From Monocercomonoides exilis PA203 (lineage: Eukaryota; Protista; Preaxostyla), in assembly GCA_001643675.2 (NCBI GenBank), contig LSRY02000010.1, forward strand, positions 434,001 to 498,000: a stretch of DNA of 64,000 bases. The letters run 5' to 3'. Below the pieces are notes generated by a model, which was not told the DNA's origin, ran no database searches, and was given only the letters and a program-made list of their open reading frames with translations. Shown piece by piece: positions 11,761 to 24,000 of this stretch (position 1 is its first letter; each line of letters begins with the position of its first letter). The position numbers were made by a program, and so were the translations under genes.

Positions 11761-13879
11761 CTAAAATGTAATTACAATTTTCGGAATAGACGGTTTTTTT
11801 GGATGACGATGGCGAGAATTACGATGCTGAGCAGATGAAGATGGAAGGGCGGTTGAAGACTGTTGTGATGACTGCAGATATTGAGAAGAGAACTGCTTGT
11901 GGAGCAATAGTGAAGAAGAAGGCGAAGCTATTGGCCGAGAAGGGAGCGCAGCCCGAGACTGAACAGGAAGAGATGAAAAGTCCATTGAATCTCCATTCAG
12001 ATCGTTGTCCATCCAGTCATCATTCACCGAGCGTGCAAAAGACGGTCGAAATGACTGTACGGTGGAAGTGCTGGCTCCGCGGGACGTTCTTCGTATGTGA
12101 TGTGATGGTGTGGAAGCAGAAATCAAAGAGAGATTGCTCGGAAGAGACTGCAAAGCAGCGATAGACGATGAAGTGCTTGTGATGGTGGGTGTGCGAGAGT
12201 TGCGGGTCGATGCGGAGGCGACTGAAGAGAACGACGCTGAAGAAGGAGAAGTGTGAAGAGAAGATCGAGGTGCAATGACGTGGGCGCTGTGAGTGATTAT
12301 CTGTGAATTTGATGAGGAGGTGATTGCAGCAGGATGCTTAAGTGCATACAGAGAAAGCTGCTGCTCGCGAGTGTATATTTGGATTCCACAGACAGAAGGA
12401 AGCTGTCAAAGGAAAATGTGAAACAGGAAAAAAAAATTGAAGTATAAATATTTTCATAATTTTAGCGCATGAAAGATTAAGACAGAAAATAGCAAGAATT
12501 ATTATTGAGATTTATAAAAACGTATTCATACGTTTAAAATATACTGCGTCAAGCACAAGGAAGTTGCTATCAACGAAACGGATATGAAAATCGTTTCCGC
12601 AAAATGAAGAGCTGGTAAATGTTTATATTAACGTTTAGCAAAATTGAATAAATAAACAAAGAAAATATTTTTTTTCGCAAAAAAATTAACACATTAAGAA
12701 AAAATAATATAAATACCAGCAACTGTCCATTCAAAGGCATTAAAAGTTCCTTCTCTAGCATCATCGCGAGATCCACTATCGATGAATTCTGCCTGTTTAT
12801 GAGCTGCCCTTGCAACAGCAAGGCATTCTGTGCTGAGAAGCATGAGGACGAAAATACTTACACACGCGACACAAGCAATACATAGCCATTTTCTTTTTCT
12901 CATTTTCTGCTTATATATTTCAATGGCTCTTTCTCTTTCTTGCTTAACAATGGCAATCATTCGTTTTTTCTTCATTTCTTGCTCGCTTGTCATTTCTTCT
13001 CCTTCATTTTCATCGTTTCCAAGCTCCCATTCCAATCCAACCAATTCTTCGATTTTTCCGCAACAGCTAACACATAAAGATAACACACCAGCAACTAATC
13101 CAAGCATGAAAGTTACAATATTAAACGTTATTAAAAGGAAATCATTTTTCAAAATGCCCATTCTGTTCAATGAAGTCAGTATTGATGTTGTTGAGTCAAA
13201 TCCTTCCAAATCTTGGATTGCACCAATTAACGACGCAACTCGGAAACAAATTAATGCAAACAAAATTTGTGGTGTGGCTTTTCCAATGCATTCGGCAAAA
13301 AATGCGCGAGTGGTAACTCTAGAAATTGTTTGAAGTGAAAAGAACATTGCCAACAAAAGACCAGCACCAAAAAAAGCAATCATAAAATGCATTGTCAACG
13401 ATGCTTTGGTAGAATAAAATGAATATAGTGGTTCTAATAAACCCAAATGGTTCTCATTTGCAGCCTGATTTGTAATTGTGTCTAATGATGAAGCTGACTG
13501 TAAAATTGGAAGAGTAAAGTAATAATAAAAACAAAATGGCATGATTGTAAAAATCATCATCATGTAGATGCGTAAAGGGACGAACATAAATTTTGCAGGG
13601 TTATCTGCATAAAAAGACGCAAAAAGCCCAAAGCCACATCCAATGACGCTCCACAGAAATATACAAATGCAAATAAAATCATAAAATGAAATACTTCGTG
13701 CGCCAAAAGACAAGAGTAGCTGTAATGAAAGTTGGAGAGTACTTATTCCAAGCACAAAAAATATGGATGTGTGTATTCGAGGCTTTGATCTCTCGACTGA
13801 AAGCAAACGCATTTCAAAAGTAACTAAATAATAACAATATTAATCAAAGATGCATACAAGATGAAGAGGTACTCCCCAT
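11761..13879 (-). CDS. Polytopic membrane protein of unknown function with Ser-rich cytoplasmic tail (4 exons)
   Basis: ORF 12694-13812 has many hydrophobic segments. A short 5' exon (MGSTSSS) and two 3' exons join in frame through GT-AG introns to ORF 11761-12153. Confidence 0.7.
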
Positions 13880-13976
13880 TAGCTCAAGTATTTCTCAATT
13901 TCTTTTCCAGAAACAAATTTTTATTAATGTGGTAAAATAGATCTATTTTTAAAACAAAAATGAAATGATATAAAAA

Positions 13977-15374
13977 TCAAACAGCTTTTCCAATAGCCCT
14001 CAGCTTTCTTTTTTCTTCTTCTAATTTTTCGAGTTCTGCTTTTTCCTTTTCTCTTTTCTCCTTAAGTTTATCGTGAATTGTATACGTTTCATATTTCTTT
14101 TCAGGATTAAATAATTCCCATCTATTAGTTGGAAAAAGGTGCTTATTTTGTTCGTACCACCTTCGATCAACAACCTTAGCAGCGTGGGATTCGTCTTTCT
14201 CAATTCGCGTATCTGCCATAAGCCTAATATCTTCATGGACATCCCAGTTCCATAATGGACCAGACTTTCCTCTGGCTTTTGATGCTATCAAGTCGTAAAA
14301 TGTGATGTGATGAGGCAGAATAACATCTTCTTTCACAAACAGCACGTCACTTGTTGACCATGTTTTTGCAAACTTTAGATTTTTGGTTTGATGTTCGACT
14401 TTCAAAACTTCAGTTAAAAATTCACCAATCGTTGCACCCTTTTTAATTGTAATTGTTCTTCTATGTCCTGATCCATCCCAAAGAGAATAGATAACATCAA
14501 TTAACTCGTTTTTTTCCTTAGCTGTTTTTTCTTCGAACTCTGCTGACAACCTAGCAACTTCGGCTGCAATTTTAAGCTCTCTTTCTCTATCGGGCAAAAA
14601 ATCAGTATCGGCTGTAGGATCTTTGCACGACACCCTAAAAACAACTGGAAATATTTATTTTAATAAGAATTAATCAAAGAAAGTTTGACGAATATATTTG
14701 AAAAAAAAACCGGGTTTAGATTCTGATCCATCTGTTTTTTTATCATTTTTTTCTCCTTCAAGCTCATCTTCTTCATTTTCTTCCTCGTCTTCATCCTCTT
14801 CTGTGATAAAAGATAATTTTTGAGATGGAAGAGATAACTTCTGTTTCTTTTTTTCTGCTCTCATTTTTTCTATTCCCTCAGTTTGCTCTAATAATTTTTG
14901 GGCTTCAGCAAGTTCAATATTCTGTTGAATTGACAAAAACTGATCATGAGAAAGAAGGCCAACAGTATTTCTTATGGATGAAGTAAATTTTCACAAAATA
15001 CTGCAGTGCGAGAAAAGAATAAAAACAAACTGTCTAAGTCTATCCTCTCCATCATCTTTTTGTGAAACAAAGCGTTCTCCAAAAGTGGAATCAATTTTTG
15101 TAGTTTCTTCGATTCTCTTCTTTTGCCGCTCAAATTCCTGAAGTCAAAAATTGAGCATCATTAACAGCAAATTTCTCATAAAAAATGATGGAATTTTGTA
15201 AAAAAATATTGCATTGAATACCTCAATTTGTGCCTGACGTTTTTTATGGAGAGCAAGAATTCGAGAAACATGCCCGCCGGAACCTGGTCCTGACATTGCA
15301 TTAAACTGGATGCCTGCAGCAGTTATTGCCTCGCCTTTGCCAGTTTTAGTTGTCGTAGAAGTTGGAACGGACAT
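13977..15374 (-). CDS. FAM50: FAM50/XAP5 family nuclear protein (4 exons)
   Basis: XAP5 signature: WDGSGHRR...FVKEDVILPHHITFYDLI...KARGKSGPLW...DESHAAKVVDRRWYEQNKHLFP..RWE. Upstream exons (TVGLL, KLSF) splice in frame. Confidence 0.93.
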
Positions 15375-15659
15375 GAAAAAGGCAAGTAATATTCCCCCTT
15401 CAACCTTTTTGAATTATATTATGGAAACAGATTATCAATGTCAGACAAGACGATAAAAACTATTCAAAAATTCTTTCCAATTGAATACTGATGCACAACT
15501 CAGTTGATTTTTTTTTTTAAGATAAAAAATTTTTTTCCTTAAAAAACTAGAAAAAAAAAATTTGTCCAAAGTTATTTTTGTTGAGAAATTCTTTGGAAAG
15601 AGGTGACTTTGGATGTTCCTGATTTTTTCTTAAAATTCATGAATAAATGGGGGGAAATA

Positions 15660-16443
15660 CAGTTATCGCATAAAATACCGGACAAGATCGATTTCACAAT
15701 ATAGTTAGTGTTAATAATGGTGGACACTTTCAATAACTGTGGACAGCAGCATTTTCTCAACAACCGTTGAAAGTTGCTTTTTGACAATTAACCCAATTAT
15801 TCCCTCAATGAATATGAAGTTATATGAATTGTTTCAATCACCCATCCAGCACAAAAATTTTTTTTTAAAATTATTTTCTGTTTTCGGAGAAATTCGGAGA
15901 ATCTTATTTCTCCGAGTTTCTCCGAAAATAGAAAATGTTTTTTTCAAAATTCTGCAGAGCAAGTTGTTTAATTTTTGTTTGACTTATAAGTTCATATTCA
16001 TTTAAGGAATAATTGGGTTAATTGCCAAAAAGCAACTTTTGATGGTTGTTGAGATAAAGCCACTGTCCACAGTTATTGAAAGTGTCCACCATTATTAACA
16101 CTAACTATAACTACTAAAGGAATAATTCTGACAATTTTCCTCAAAATATATCTCGTCAATACAAACTCATTTGATAAACGAGACTTCACTTCAGCTTCAT
16201 TTGTGCTCAGAGAAAATTATTTTTGAAATCTCGGAGAAACTCAAAATCCTATTTCTCCTATATTTCTAAAATACTTTTTTCTGAGCACAAATGAAGTTAT
16301 TTTGAAAGTTTTGTATGTCAAATAAATTTGCATTAATGAATTATATTTTGAGGAAAATTGTCAGAATTATTCCTTTTGCAGTTATTGTGAAATCGATCTT
16401 GTCCGGTATTTTGTGCGATGTCCGGTATTTTATGCGGTAACTG
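15660..16443. mobile_element. Hairpin MITE family B (Tc1/mariner-like), host of a nested family C element
   Basis: TA|CAGTTATCGCATAAAATACCGGACA at the left end and TGTCCGGTATTTTATGCGGTAACTG|TA at the right end. The inverted arms continue inward once the insert at 15702-16109 is removed. Confidence 0.9.
15702..16107. mobile_element. Hairpin MITE family C copy 1 (406 bp), nested in the family B element
   Basis: TIR TAGTTAGTGTTAATAATGGTGGACACTTTCAATAACTGTGGACAG at both ends. TA duplicated at 15700-01 and 16108-09. Central TTCGGAGAAA...TTTCTCCGAA palindrome. Confidence 0.9.
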
Positions 16444-16749
16444 TATGGACTTTCAAGCTTTTTTTGCTCAAAGCATTGAAAAATTGCCTAACTCATAACT
16501 TTATTTCACTTTCTCGGATTTCAAAATAAATTTGATTTTCATTTCTGTAAGCATGCATCGTTGAAATCAAAGCATAAATTATTGTGTCATTTCACGAATT
16601 TCAATAAATCGACCGATTTTTATTGAATTTTTTAATCTCAAAAAGTGAATGAAAAGTGCATAATTTTTCTATGAAAATGCCTGAAGCCAAATATTTTGCC
16701 CTAAATGGCAAAAAAATGCAATATTAAGATCTAAAAAATGAATCATGTA

Positions 16750-17155
16750 TTGTAAGTGTCAATAATGGTGGACACTTTCAATAACTGTTGACAGTGGAAT
16801 TGTCTCTATAACCATTGACATTTGCTTTTTGATAATAAACCCAATCATTTCTTCTATAAATACAAACTAATAAGTCATACCAAAATGATACAACTTGCTT
16901 CCAAGAATAAAGAAAGATTCAATTGTAATATTCGGAAAAACTCGGAGAAATAAGATTCTCCGAGTTTCTCCGAAAAGAATAAATGATTTTTGAATTATTT
17001 CATTGTGTTAAATGGGTAATTAAAACAATTCATATAAGTTTGTATTTATTGAAGAAATGATTGGGTTTATTATCAAAAAGCAAGTGTCAACGGTTGTTGA
17101 GATAATGCGACTGTCCACGGTCATTGAAAGTGTCCACCATTATTAATACTTCCAA
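16750..17155. mobile_element. Hairpin MITE family C copy 2 (406 bp), opposite orientation to copy 1
   Basis: Same AATAATGGTGGACACTTTCAAT TIR core and the same length as copy 1, with TA flanks (16748-49, 17156-57). Its central palindrome is close to the reverse complement of copy 1's. Confidence 0.85.
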
Positions 17156-17706
17156 TAAATAATATCCTATTGATTGAAACCAAAAATGATTGTGTTGTTT
17201 TTTATTCGCATCGTCACTTTCATGAGGCTTTTTTCAAATTTCGTTTCAATGTTTGAATTGAGTCATTATCAACCCTAACAATTGTTTAGAGCACTTATAT
17301 GCAAATAAATAAATTAATAAAAGGGATTTTTTTTTGTTTCTGAAACAAATTATCCGAAATTTTTGTTATTTTTATTTTCGATTAAAGGACAGTTGTTTTT
17401 GAGAACGAAAGCACTGAAAAAGTGAAATGAAGAATAAAACATTTTATCAAAATAAAAGAGAGCTGATGAATGTTAACTTATGAACGCAAAGCTTTTTAAT
17501 GTTGAGTATTTTAAACTTTGAAGGGAACTTTTAAGAAAACTTAATCCAATTCCTTGAAAATAGAGATGTGAATTACAAAATTTCAAAGCTAAACCATACA
17601 TTTCATTTTTTGCTCCGTTGTTGTTTCAAACTTTTCATATCGAATTGCAGTATATAAAGAAATAACTATATCATTAATGTATTATTCACAAACATGTGAC
17701 AATTTT

Positions 17707-18062
17707 AGATTGTGCAAAAAATACTGGACAAGACCGATTTCTCAATAACCGCAAAATGAATGATTCTGATAATTTTTATCACAATATATCTCATCAATTC
17801 AAACTCATTTGATAAACGAGATTTTCAAAATAGCTTCATTTGTGCTCAGAGAAAATTATTTTTAAAATCTCGGAGGAACTCAAAATCTCATTTCTCAAAG
17901 ATTTCAATTTCAATTTTCTCTGAGCACAAATTAAGCTATTTTGAAAATCTCGTTTATCAAATGAGTTTGAATTGATGAGATATATTGTGATAAAAATTAT
18001 CAGAATCATTCATTTTGCGGTTATTGAGAAATCGGTCTTGTCCAGTATTTTTTGCACAATCT
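17707..18062. mobile_element. Hairpin element related to MITE family B, with near-perfect arms
   Basis: 151-bp inverted arms (17707-17857 and 17912-18062), with one mismatch seen. Clearly homologous to 15660-16443 (GGACAAGAYCGATTTC, CATTTGTGCTCAGAGAAAATT). No intact TA duplication on the right. Confidence 0.85.
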
Positions 18063-18839
18063 TTGCCAAGAACAAAAATTTCCAATCTTTTTATTTAAAA
18101 ATATTCACTCTTGGTTGATGGATTTGCTTTGATGAGAATGAAGAAAATGCATTTTTAATTCATTTATTTTTATTTTATATTTGACTTTTTTTTCTTTTTC
18201 TTTTTTTTTCTTTTGATACCACATTTTCGTTAGGATTGAGAAAAATTTTTGAAATCTTAATGTGTTTCAAAAAATATAAACATTTATAATTCAATTGAAG
18301 CAAAGGAAATAACAGAAAGCATTGATCTTGCAGCTCTTTTTTATTAAAAAAATCTCATTGAGAATGTGATTTTGATAAAAATTTGAACGAAAGTGTTTAT
18401 TCCAAAACAACAAATAAGAAAAACAATTATTTATTTATTTATTTATTAATTTTCCCACAAATGTTGAATGAATGACAATATTAATAAAGCAACAGTTTGA
18501 CTTGAAATAATTACAGAGGAATCACAAAATGGATATATCACTTAACAGTGTTCATTTTTGAATATTCTTAACAATTATTCAATCTGAAAAATTTGACAAA
18601 AATAATAAGGTTTCAAAAATAATCACACATGTGTATTGAATTTTAAAAAATATTAACAAAAACAATTTGTTCAAGATTATCTTTCTTGCCGTTTTTTGTA
18701 AATTAAAAAATGGACTTTCAGAAGTATTGGTGTATTGATTTAATAACACTGATAATTATTGAAAAGAATTAAAATATGCACTTCCTTGTATATTTGAATT
18801 TTTAAAAATTTTGTTTTGTCACATTTTTATTTAAATAAA

Positions 18840-20310
18840 CGAACGATCGTTTACATAACATTTTCGAAAAGATCAAAATACAATGTTTTGGTCCGCAGGA
18901 ATTGTGCAAAAGACAATGCATTCTGTAACTTCCATGAAACTCTGAGAACAGTTTATAGTTTCAATTGGGAAAGAGCTACTTCTTTATCGCTTTGAAATGA
19001 GCGTGAAAAAAGTGGGTTTTTAACATTTTTTGTTTTTTGATGCGATTGTCTTCATCCATCGAAAAAAATGATTATCCCCAGGCTTAAGAGTTATGTTTCT
19101 GTGTGGTGTGTATTTTATTTTATTCATTCTTTGCAAAGAATTTGATTTTGTTGAAAAACAAAAAGCTTGAAAACTTCTGTTGGATGCTCAAAAACATCAA
19201 ATCGTGATGTTTGCCAACAACAAAATGCGCATGTTTGTTTATTCAAAGGAGATGTTGGCTTTGCAAGATTGAAATCATTTTTGACAACTTCAATCATAGA
19301 AATTTATTTCTATCAAGATTGCAGTTGAAATGGAGATGAAAGTTATCGTGACAAATAAACATATTGGAATAGAACATTCGGAAAATGTTGCGCATTCGGC
19401 TTCTCCCCAACGCTGCATATTGTTCAACTTTGTTGAATTTTGTAATTAGAGGAAAAATGCTTGAAAATTTGTATTTGCCAGCTCTAATTCTTTGGAAGGC
19501 ATTCAGTCAATCTTGTTGCAAATAGATTTTCTGATTTTCAGTTTATCAGCGAATATTTGCATTCTTTTCCATTTCATTGCTGTTCCTGTTATCAATCAAT
19601 TTCTGGAAAAGCAAGTTCATTGATGAAACACCATTTGATATTCCTTTGAATGAACAAACTGGATTTTGAAAATCAGCATTAATGAGGCAGGGTGGATCCT
19701 TTGCTATCCTTCATCTTCTTTATAACGGATGCAATCAAATAAAGCAAAAGTATTTTTGATGCGTTGTATTGGCTGGATTTTCAATTTTTTCAATCATACA
19801 AATGAAAAGTCAATTCCAAAAGAGAACAAAGGGAAAAATGGAGTTATCAAGAAAGATGAAGCAGTTGCATGAGATTCAACAATTTCAATTTCAACATGAA
19901 GAAGAAGAAAATGATTTTGGATGGAAAGGTTATATCCAATCAAAGCATACCTTTAGGAGTCTTATCAATTGAAAAACAAAAAGAGGTGTTTTATATTTGT
20001 TTGTATCTATTGTTTGAATTCTATTTATTTTATTTATTTATTTCTCTTATTCTGGATTAATTGATATTTGGTTTTTTTTAATAGACAGACAAATGGAAAT
20101 GGGAAATATTCAGATTTTGAAAAGATAATCAGCAATTGTGACAAATCAGGAGCTGAAGGGAATTATCTTTTTTGGATGATTCAAGTTATTTAAAGACAAC
20201 TACGAAAGAAGGAAGGAAATGAGGAACAATGAAATCGGAGCTGATTTCACACTTTGAGGAAACAAATTCTCAGAGGGAGATGAAGTGAGAAGACAATTTG
20301 GTTTGATTTT
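18840..20310. pseudogene. Probable decayed coding remnants, unidentified
   Basis: Purine/codon-like composition with short open stretches interrupted by stops, and intron-like AT-rich segments around 19985-20083. No recognisable motif. Confidence 0.25.
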
Positions 20311-21073
20311 TTTATTTCATTGTTTTTGTTAAAAATCCATTTTTTGGAATATGAATTTTGCCAGGAGTTATTCTCTTTCAAATTTGGAGTTGAATATTTC
20401 TATCTGCACAGCATTCCAAAGGATTCATCTTTCATCCACTATCTTTGCATTAACTGTCATTTCTTTTCGTGAAATGAGCAGGAACTGTATTGACTCACAG
20501 GATGAAAGAATTAGATAATGAATAGAAAATGAAAGATTGAAATGAGGTTTGAGACGACAAGCTGAATGTATTTTTGAAAAATAAAAAAAAGTTTGATTAT
20601 AAAAAAGTGAGAACATGGAATAACAACTTGTTTCATTGTTCTTTTTTTATCTCATATATTTTTTTTGAATGTTTGTATTTCTTTCTCATTGTGCCTTTTT
20701 GTTGATTATTCATTGTTTTTGAATGAAAAATCTATTTACTTCATTTTTTTTTTTGATCCTTTCATATTTGAATTCAGCGAACAAGATGATGAAAAAAGAA
20801 TGAAACAAAATGATGAGTGAGCTTGTTGACAGTTGATATTTAGAACATTTATTGTTGTTTCTGAAGAGTTGGAAATTGAAAAAATATCTTTCAAATAATT
20901 CTAATTATTGATGATTCAAAAAGTTTGTGGATATTTTTAATTCTTTCATGAAGAATTTATTCTTTTTCAAATTTTGGATTTGGCAGGAAAAGAGAAGAAA
21001 AGATGAATGATTTATCAAAATGACCCATAACAGAATAACTCGAGTGAGAAAAACAGAATAAAAAGGGAATTAA

Positions 21074-24000
21074 ATGAGAAATCGAGTTTTTATTGTTTTG
21101 AGTTTTGTTGCCTCTGCATCCATATTGCAATGTCAGTGCATGTCCTTGGGTTCAACAATTGAAGATGCATTCTCGAAGGATGGAGAGAAAGAAAGCGAAA
21201 TGATTCCTGCATGTGAACATTCATCAGACTATGGTGAATTTGAGATGAAAACATTTGATACAAAAAATGAGGAAATGCATTGTTCCCTCAAAAATGGAGA
21301 CAGCGAAGGAGCTGATGAAAGAAAAAGGGTTTTGATGAAAAACAAGGAAAACAAAGCCAAAGTGAAGAGCAATGATCCTTTTGATGAAAAACGTGAGGAT
21401 TGTTCAAATACTGACATTTTGAAAGTGGGCAGAAAGGGGAATGGATTTGGGAGAAGTGAGATGAAAGGAAGTGTGATTTTGAAGAATTCGTCAGTGCATT
21501 TGAGAGGATTGGGGATGGGCTGTGGAGATGGAAAAGGCATTGCCTGTGCTTGGAGCGAAAGTGAGATTGCGATGGATGGATGTGGGGTGATTGTGGAAAG
21601 TGGTATTTCGCCATTGGATTTGAAGGGAAGCTGTGCAACATTGGTGAATATCTCTCTCAAAACTTCAAAAACTCAATTCCCTCAAATTCCTCCTCTTTTT
21701 GCTTCAAATCCAACTGAGGATCGTTTGCAATGTTTTGGAAGAGTTTCGATTTGTTCATCTCGTTTTTCTTCAATGACACTCTCTTCAGCGCCATTTTTGT
21801 CATCACCATCTATTGAGAGTGCTTCACTCTCAAACATGGTTTTTTCCAACATTTCGATATCTCCATCTTCTCGAGGATCTGTTTCAACATCTTGTTGGGA
21901 ATGCTCCACTTTGATGGATGGCTGCTTATTCTTATCAGTTTGTGATGTGTATGATGGAGGAATCATCCAATCAATCAATTCTCCACTTTCATCGCTGGTT
22001 GTTTCAAACACCTCATTTGTTGGGTGTTGTCGCACAAGAAATGTTGAATTCATTGGAAGCGAAGATAACAAGAAATCCCCAGGAAGGCAGAATTTAACAG
22101 ATAATGGAGCAAACACATTCACTTGGTGCGAATGGAATGGTTCAAGAACAACTGGAACAACTTATTCTTACACTGATAGTGCATCAAATGGCGGAGCTAT
22201 TTTCATGTGTAGTCGGCCAATGGGAATGCTTTCAGTGAAATTATGTTCGTTCAATGTCTGTCTTGCGCACTACACTGGAGGAGGAATAACATGCAATTCA
22301 ATTGATTCAATTGAGATTGTGAACAGCAAATTCAATGGTTGTGTATCTGAAACTTTTATTGGAGGAGGAATATATGCTTGTCCGATTTCTGCATGTGTAA
22401 GGATCAGTGAATGCGAATTTTTGAATTGTAAAGCAAATGGAAATGGAGGTGGACTTAATCTTGAATCTTTTGGTGTTTCAAAATCGGAATGCATTAAAGA
22501 AGAACAGGGAGAAGGAGAAAGTGCTTGCATTTTTGAGTGCTCATTCACTTCTTGCTCAATCACAAATACGCTTGGAGGAGGGATGTTTTGCAAAGGTGTT
22601 CCAGCCACGCAATTCAAAATGAGGAGCATTCAGTTTATTTCTTGTTTAGCAGTATCAAGAGGAGGAGCGTTATGTTTTGCTCCTTGGCGTGAAGTGATGT
22701 TAGAAGATCATGTTTATTGCCTTTTCCTATTTTTCCATAATTGCACATGCACTGATTCCACTCCATGTGGTCGCGATATTTATTTCGAAGATCGTTACAA
22801 TCTTATGCCATCATCAGGTAATCCGTTATTTGAATCTTACACAACAAACCGTGATGATGAGAGAGTTTGTTTTGCATTCGATTATACAACTGGTAATTGG
22901 TCATATCAACACACGCAAAAGAAGTGGTGGTTGAATGAAGGAATAAAGAATATTTATGTGGGGTTTGGTGGAGATGACTCAAGTGATATGTGTGGGATGA
23001 GTGCTTCTGCTCCTTGCAAGACAGTTGGACATGCTGCGGAGAAGAGCATGGCACAGCTGAACTCTTCGATCACAGTGCTGAGTGGAAAGCATGTGAGCGA
23101 AGGGGCGACGATCAGTGTTGGGGAAAAGAAGATTTCAATTGTTGGGAAAGGGAAAGCAGTGAGTGTGATTGGGACAAGTGCGCTTTCTTCGCCTTCTCCA
23201 ACGCTGTTCAGCGTGACGAGTGGGCAGCTGGAGATGGGGCATGTGGGGATCGATCACAACTCAATAAGAAGCTCGTCACCGAATGTGTTTGTGGTGTCTG
23301 TTGGGAGCGGGACTCTTTCTCTGGAGGATGTGGTGATCTCATCAAGCGTTAATGGAGAGAGTGGAATATCGGCATCGGTGTTTGTGTTGGCTCTGTCGCA
23401 ATTGAGGATGAGTGATGTTGAGATAAAAAACATGAAAATGAATCAACCACTCTTTGCTGAACCATCATCAGCAGGATCATCATCAGGAGAGAGCATTCTG
23501 GGGAATTTGACAGTTCGAAATGTGAATCGGACAACAGGGGATGGGGTTGTGTTGGCAAAGAGGGTGAAGGCAGGAGAGACATTTGTGGTGTGGAATGCAA
23601 CGATGGAAGGGTGCGAGTGTGTGAATGGGAATGGCGGAGGGATAAAGGTTGAGTTGGAAGCGCCACCAAGCAAAGTTCGAATTGGAGATTCAACATCACA
23701 CAGTGGAGGAGCAACAGCATTTAATCGATGCAGTTGCAGAGGATATGGAGGAGGAGTGATGCTATTTCTGGCAGATGACTCATTTGATTTTACGATATCA
23801 TCAGTGAGTTTTGTTGGTTGCAGTGCTTCAAATGGAGGGAAAGATGTGTTTGTGAATGGGAGCAGGCTGGTGAGTGGGACAATAATAGCCACAAAGCTGA
23901 ATTTCTCACGAAATGTTTCTATTTATGATGAGCTGATGGGATATGACCGGAACGAGATAGGGATGGGAATATTCCCATTGAATGTGTTTTTTGACACATT

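Noticed and set aside
16446-17400. An additional older element hosting MITE C copy 2
   Set aside because: Only fragments are visible (TTCAATAAATCG..CGATTTTTATTGAA, GAAAAGTGCATAA). I could not define ends or a duplication.
15660-18062. CRISPR array or structured ncRNA cluster
   Set aside because: The repeats are long inverted arms with TA duplications, not direct repeats with unique spacers. The context is eukaryotic and there are no cas genes.
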